From Myxococcales bacterium (GTDB taxonomy: Bacteria; Myxococcota_A; Polyangia; Polyangiales; DASUME01), in the NCBI GenBank assembly GCA_047601445.1, contig JASGJH010000001.1:4992001-5056000 (forward strand): a DNA stretch of 64,000 nt, read 5' to 3'. A model generated the notes under the pieces. The model saw nothing but the letters and a program-made list of their open reading frames with translations. It ran no database searches and was not told the origin of the DNA. Both the position numbers and the translations under genes were made by a program. Positions 62,301-64,000 of this stretch are shown piece after piece; the first letter of the stretch is position 1, and each line of letters starts with the position of its first letter.

Positions 62301-64000
62301 CGGCGGAAGCGCAGCCCTCACGGCCCCCTGCGCCGGCGCTTCGTGCACCATCGACGACAACGGCTCGGCCACCTGGCTCGCCACACCCACCGGCAGCTAT
62401 CGCTTCGATCACTGGGACGGCGACGCGGGCTGCACCGGAACCAATCCCACGCTCAGCCTCGGCAACCTCACCGCGGCCACTACCTGCAAGGCCAACTTCA
62501 CCGCGCGCGTCACCGTGAGCTTCAACGCGGTCGCCAATGGCAGCGTGGCGGCCTCGAACACGCCAGCCAACGCCGTGTGCACCACCGGCAGCTGCGTGAT
62601 CGATCAGGGCGACGGCCTGCGACTCACGGCCACGCCCGCCGCCAACTACGTGTTCAAGAGCTGGAGCTGCTCCGCCAGCACCACCAGCCCGCTCGACCTC
62701 GGGCCGGTCAACACCAGCGTCACCTGCAGCGCCACCTTCGCGCTCATCCAGTACACGGTGGACTACTCGGCCACCGGCGGTGGCAGTGTCACCATGACTC
62801 CCGTGGTGGGCGCGTGCGGCGCCAATCCGGCCGCGGGCGCCTGCAAGCGCGACTACGGCAGCCAGCCTGTGCTCACCGCCAGCAACGCCGACGCCAGCTA
62901 TCGCTTCAACGGCTGGACCGCCGGGGCAGGCGGCACGTGCAGCGGCACCACCGGCGGCACCGGCGGACAGACGATGACGCTGAACGCGCTCAGCGGAGAC
63001 GTGAACTGCGTCGCGAACTACACGAAGCAGTGGACCATCGCCGCCAGCGTGCAAGCTGGTGCGCCCGCAGGCGCCAACGTCGCTGCAGCCTCGGCGGGCA
63101 ACTCGGCTCCCAAGGCCGTGTGCACGGCGGCCGCTGGCGCCTCCGCCAACTGCAAGGTCGATGGCGGACTGAGCGTGGCGCTGACTGCGAGCTCGGTGGC
63201 CAACTACGACATCTCCTCCTGGACCGGCGACGCGGGCTGCACGGGTGGCACCCTGAACGCGAACAAGACCAGCCTCTCCTTCACCAACGTGGGCGCGGAC
63301 CTCAACTGCCAGCCCGTATACACCGCGCGCATCACGATCACGCTGGCGAAGAAGCCGGCCACGGTCACCGACGAGGTGACCATCAGCGCGCCAGGCTGCG
63401 CCTCCAACAACACGAGCTGCACGGTGCCCCCGGGCACATCGGTCACCATCACGGCAGTGGAGAAGCTATATGGCTTCGTCAGCTGGACGGGCACCGAGTG
63501 CGCCTCCAAGAGCGCGACCAACCCCTTCACGGCCACGGTCACCCAGACCTGCACCGCGAACTTCCACGGCCTGTGGGCGGTGCGCCACGACATCTACACG
63601 GACGACTACTACGACGCGGTGTTCGCCCTCGACGCGAAGACGCTGCACAACGTGGGCTCGCTCGCCAACGCCGACCAGGCCTTCGCCCGTGATGCCGAGA
63701 TGGACGCCGAGACGGGAGCACTCCTGCGCATCGACCTCAAGAGCAACCAGCCCGCCGAACTCCGCAACGGCGGTCTGGCCGAGTTCGTGTGGCTCGACGG
63801 CGTGGCCAATGGCTCCGACTACATCCTGCTCGGACAGTACGCCTCGGGCGGCAACAACATGGCGCTCGATCGCAGCTTCCTCGCGAACGTCGGCGCCAAG
63901 CCCTGGCAGGTCTATCTGCCTGCGAACACCCCCTATCTCTTCGACCATCTGCGGGCCCTCAGCAGCGGCTCGGTATTGGCGAGCGGGTACCGCTCGTTCG
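59371..64000 (+). CDS. Large Cys-rich repeat lipoprotein (InlB-B-repeat/Flg_new-like units); runs off the right edge
   Basis: Missing from the ORF track because it has no stop. ATG 59371, MNVRYLLLCASLSLLAAC. Recurring ~80-aa units C..C.VD.G.SVTL.A...YRF.GWSG..C....C.ANY/F. Confidence 0.88.
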   Translation, partial: MNVRYLLLCASLSLLAACSGTQDDEVTEIPCDDGHGCPNGYSCEENLCVASDASISNDQVQATGEAAGAPAVVEVETGGCKGPSCEIAAGSDVTFRAPELEGYRFTGWSGDERCMGTDFVLMLENVAANIHCVANYVKRVNIAGDTTLPGAAITAASQAGFAACAVQSCEVDQGSSVVITAGDVSGHRFAGFSGTGCDNVMGNMVSVVAGDSDVTCTANYVLIYSVFGNVQGAPGAVVASSDTPASACSDNGCQVDEGGSVTLSAPIMDGYRFTGWSGNADACTGSEPSVTVANVSAPILCTASFVARYGVVSGTTGLATALVLDASSEDAFADCAEGSCDVDQGSSVTVVAPVVAGYKFLGFEGDGCDDPADLSGTTLTLTNVGSDLDCLAAYEALPPGKVNVVGNMKVGVPGAVTASSPNASCSNGICVVDEGSSVTLVAPNLAPAWRFTGWSGPGCSGANLTLALSNVLTDTTCTANYTQRFDVTAAVAANGGGSVGITSAAPSTCAGTSCKVDNGGTATLTAAPSANFRFDKWDGGVGCNSTNATLNLPPISGNTTCTAHFVARVTVSFNAVANGSVAASNTPANAVCTTGSCVIDQGDGLRLTATPAANYVFKSWSCSASTTSPLDLGPVNTSVTCSATFALIQYSVSYSASNGGTLTPPGGCPASPGSCNQNINSQPQLTAGADTATARFTGWSGCSGTVNNRTITLDALKGNVSCTANFIKRWTVTASAGTGGSAALTAPCAGASCTIDDNGSATWLATPTGSYRFDHWDGDAGCTGTNPTLSLSNLTAATTCKANFTARVTVSFNAVANGSVAASNTPANAVCTTGSCVIDQGDGLRLTATPAANYVFKSWSCSASTTSPLDLGPVNTSVTCSATFALIQYSVSYSASNGGTLTPPGGCPASPGSCNQNINSQPQLTAGPDTATARFTGWSGCSGTVNNRTITLDALKGNVSCTANFIKRWTVTASAGTGGSAALTAPCAGASCTIDDNGSATWLATPTGSYRFDHWDGDAGCTGTNPTLSLGNLTAATTCKANFTARVTVSFNAVANGSVAASNTPANAVCTTGSCVIDQGDGLRLTATPAANYVFKSWSCSASTTSPLDLGPVNTSVTCSATFALIQYTVDYSATGGGSVTMTPVVGACGANPAAGACKRDYGSQPVLTASNADASYRFNGWTAGAGGTCSGTTGGTGGQTMTLNALSGDVNCVANYTKQWTIAASVQAGAPAGANVAAASAGNSAPKAVCTAAAGASANCKVDGGLSVALTASSVANYDISSWTGDAGCTGGTLNANKTSLSFTNVGADLNCQPVYTARITITLAKKPATVTDEVTISAPGCASNNTSCTVPPGTSVTITAVEKLYGFVSWTGTECASKSATNPFTATVTQTCTANFHGLWAVRHDIYTDDYYDAVFALDAKTLHNVGSLANADQAFARDAEMDAETGALLRIDLKSNQPAELRNGGLAEFVWLDGVANGSDYILLGQYASGGNNMALDRSFLANVGAKPWQVYLPANTPYLFDHLRALSSGSVLASGYRSF
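61069..62755 (+). repeat. 717-bp in-frame tandem repeat, about 2.35 copies
   Basis: GCGCGCGTCACCGTGAGCTTC at 61069, 61786 and 62503. About six substitutions seen between copies 1 and 2. Confidence 0.93.

Noticed and set aside
60256..63692. Long ORFs 60256-63054 (-) and 60714-63692 (+)
   Set aside because: They are antisense and off-frame shadows of the real lipoprotein frame starting at 59371.

Overview
High-GC window that reads as myxobacterial (inferred from MYXO-CTERM-like tails, GD-repeat and vWA lipoproteins, an FHA-sigma54 activator and a membrane Ser/Thr kinase). Bases 1-14.7 kb hold part of a divergent, split hybrid NRPS-PKS cluster: AT-less KS-KR, C-A(Gly)-PCP, ACP-aminotransferase and C*-A(Thr-like)-PCP-KS-AT. 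Bases 14.7-41 kb are mostly lipid metabolism and cell-envelope genes: WS/DGAT, three alpha/beta hydrolases, two AraC regulators, a frameshifted phospholipase C, an acyltransferase and kefF-kefC. Bases 41-49.5 kb are an accessory region built around a dispersed composite non-coding repeat: a 27-bp minisatellite next to a ~250-bp fold-back with a conserved ~165-nt core and co-varying arms. Bases 49.5-64 kb carry ruvAB, surface proteins, rpe, a signalling pair and a large Cys-rich repeat lipoprotein with a near-perfect 717-bp internal tandem repeat. A 159-bp CTAG-flanked MITE-like element lies at 37.7 kb. No rRNA, tRNA, CRISPR array, transposase or integrase was recognised. Product calls come from motif recognition only; no searches were run.
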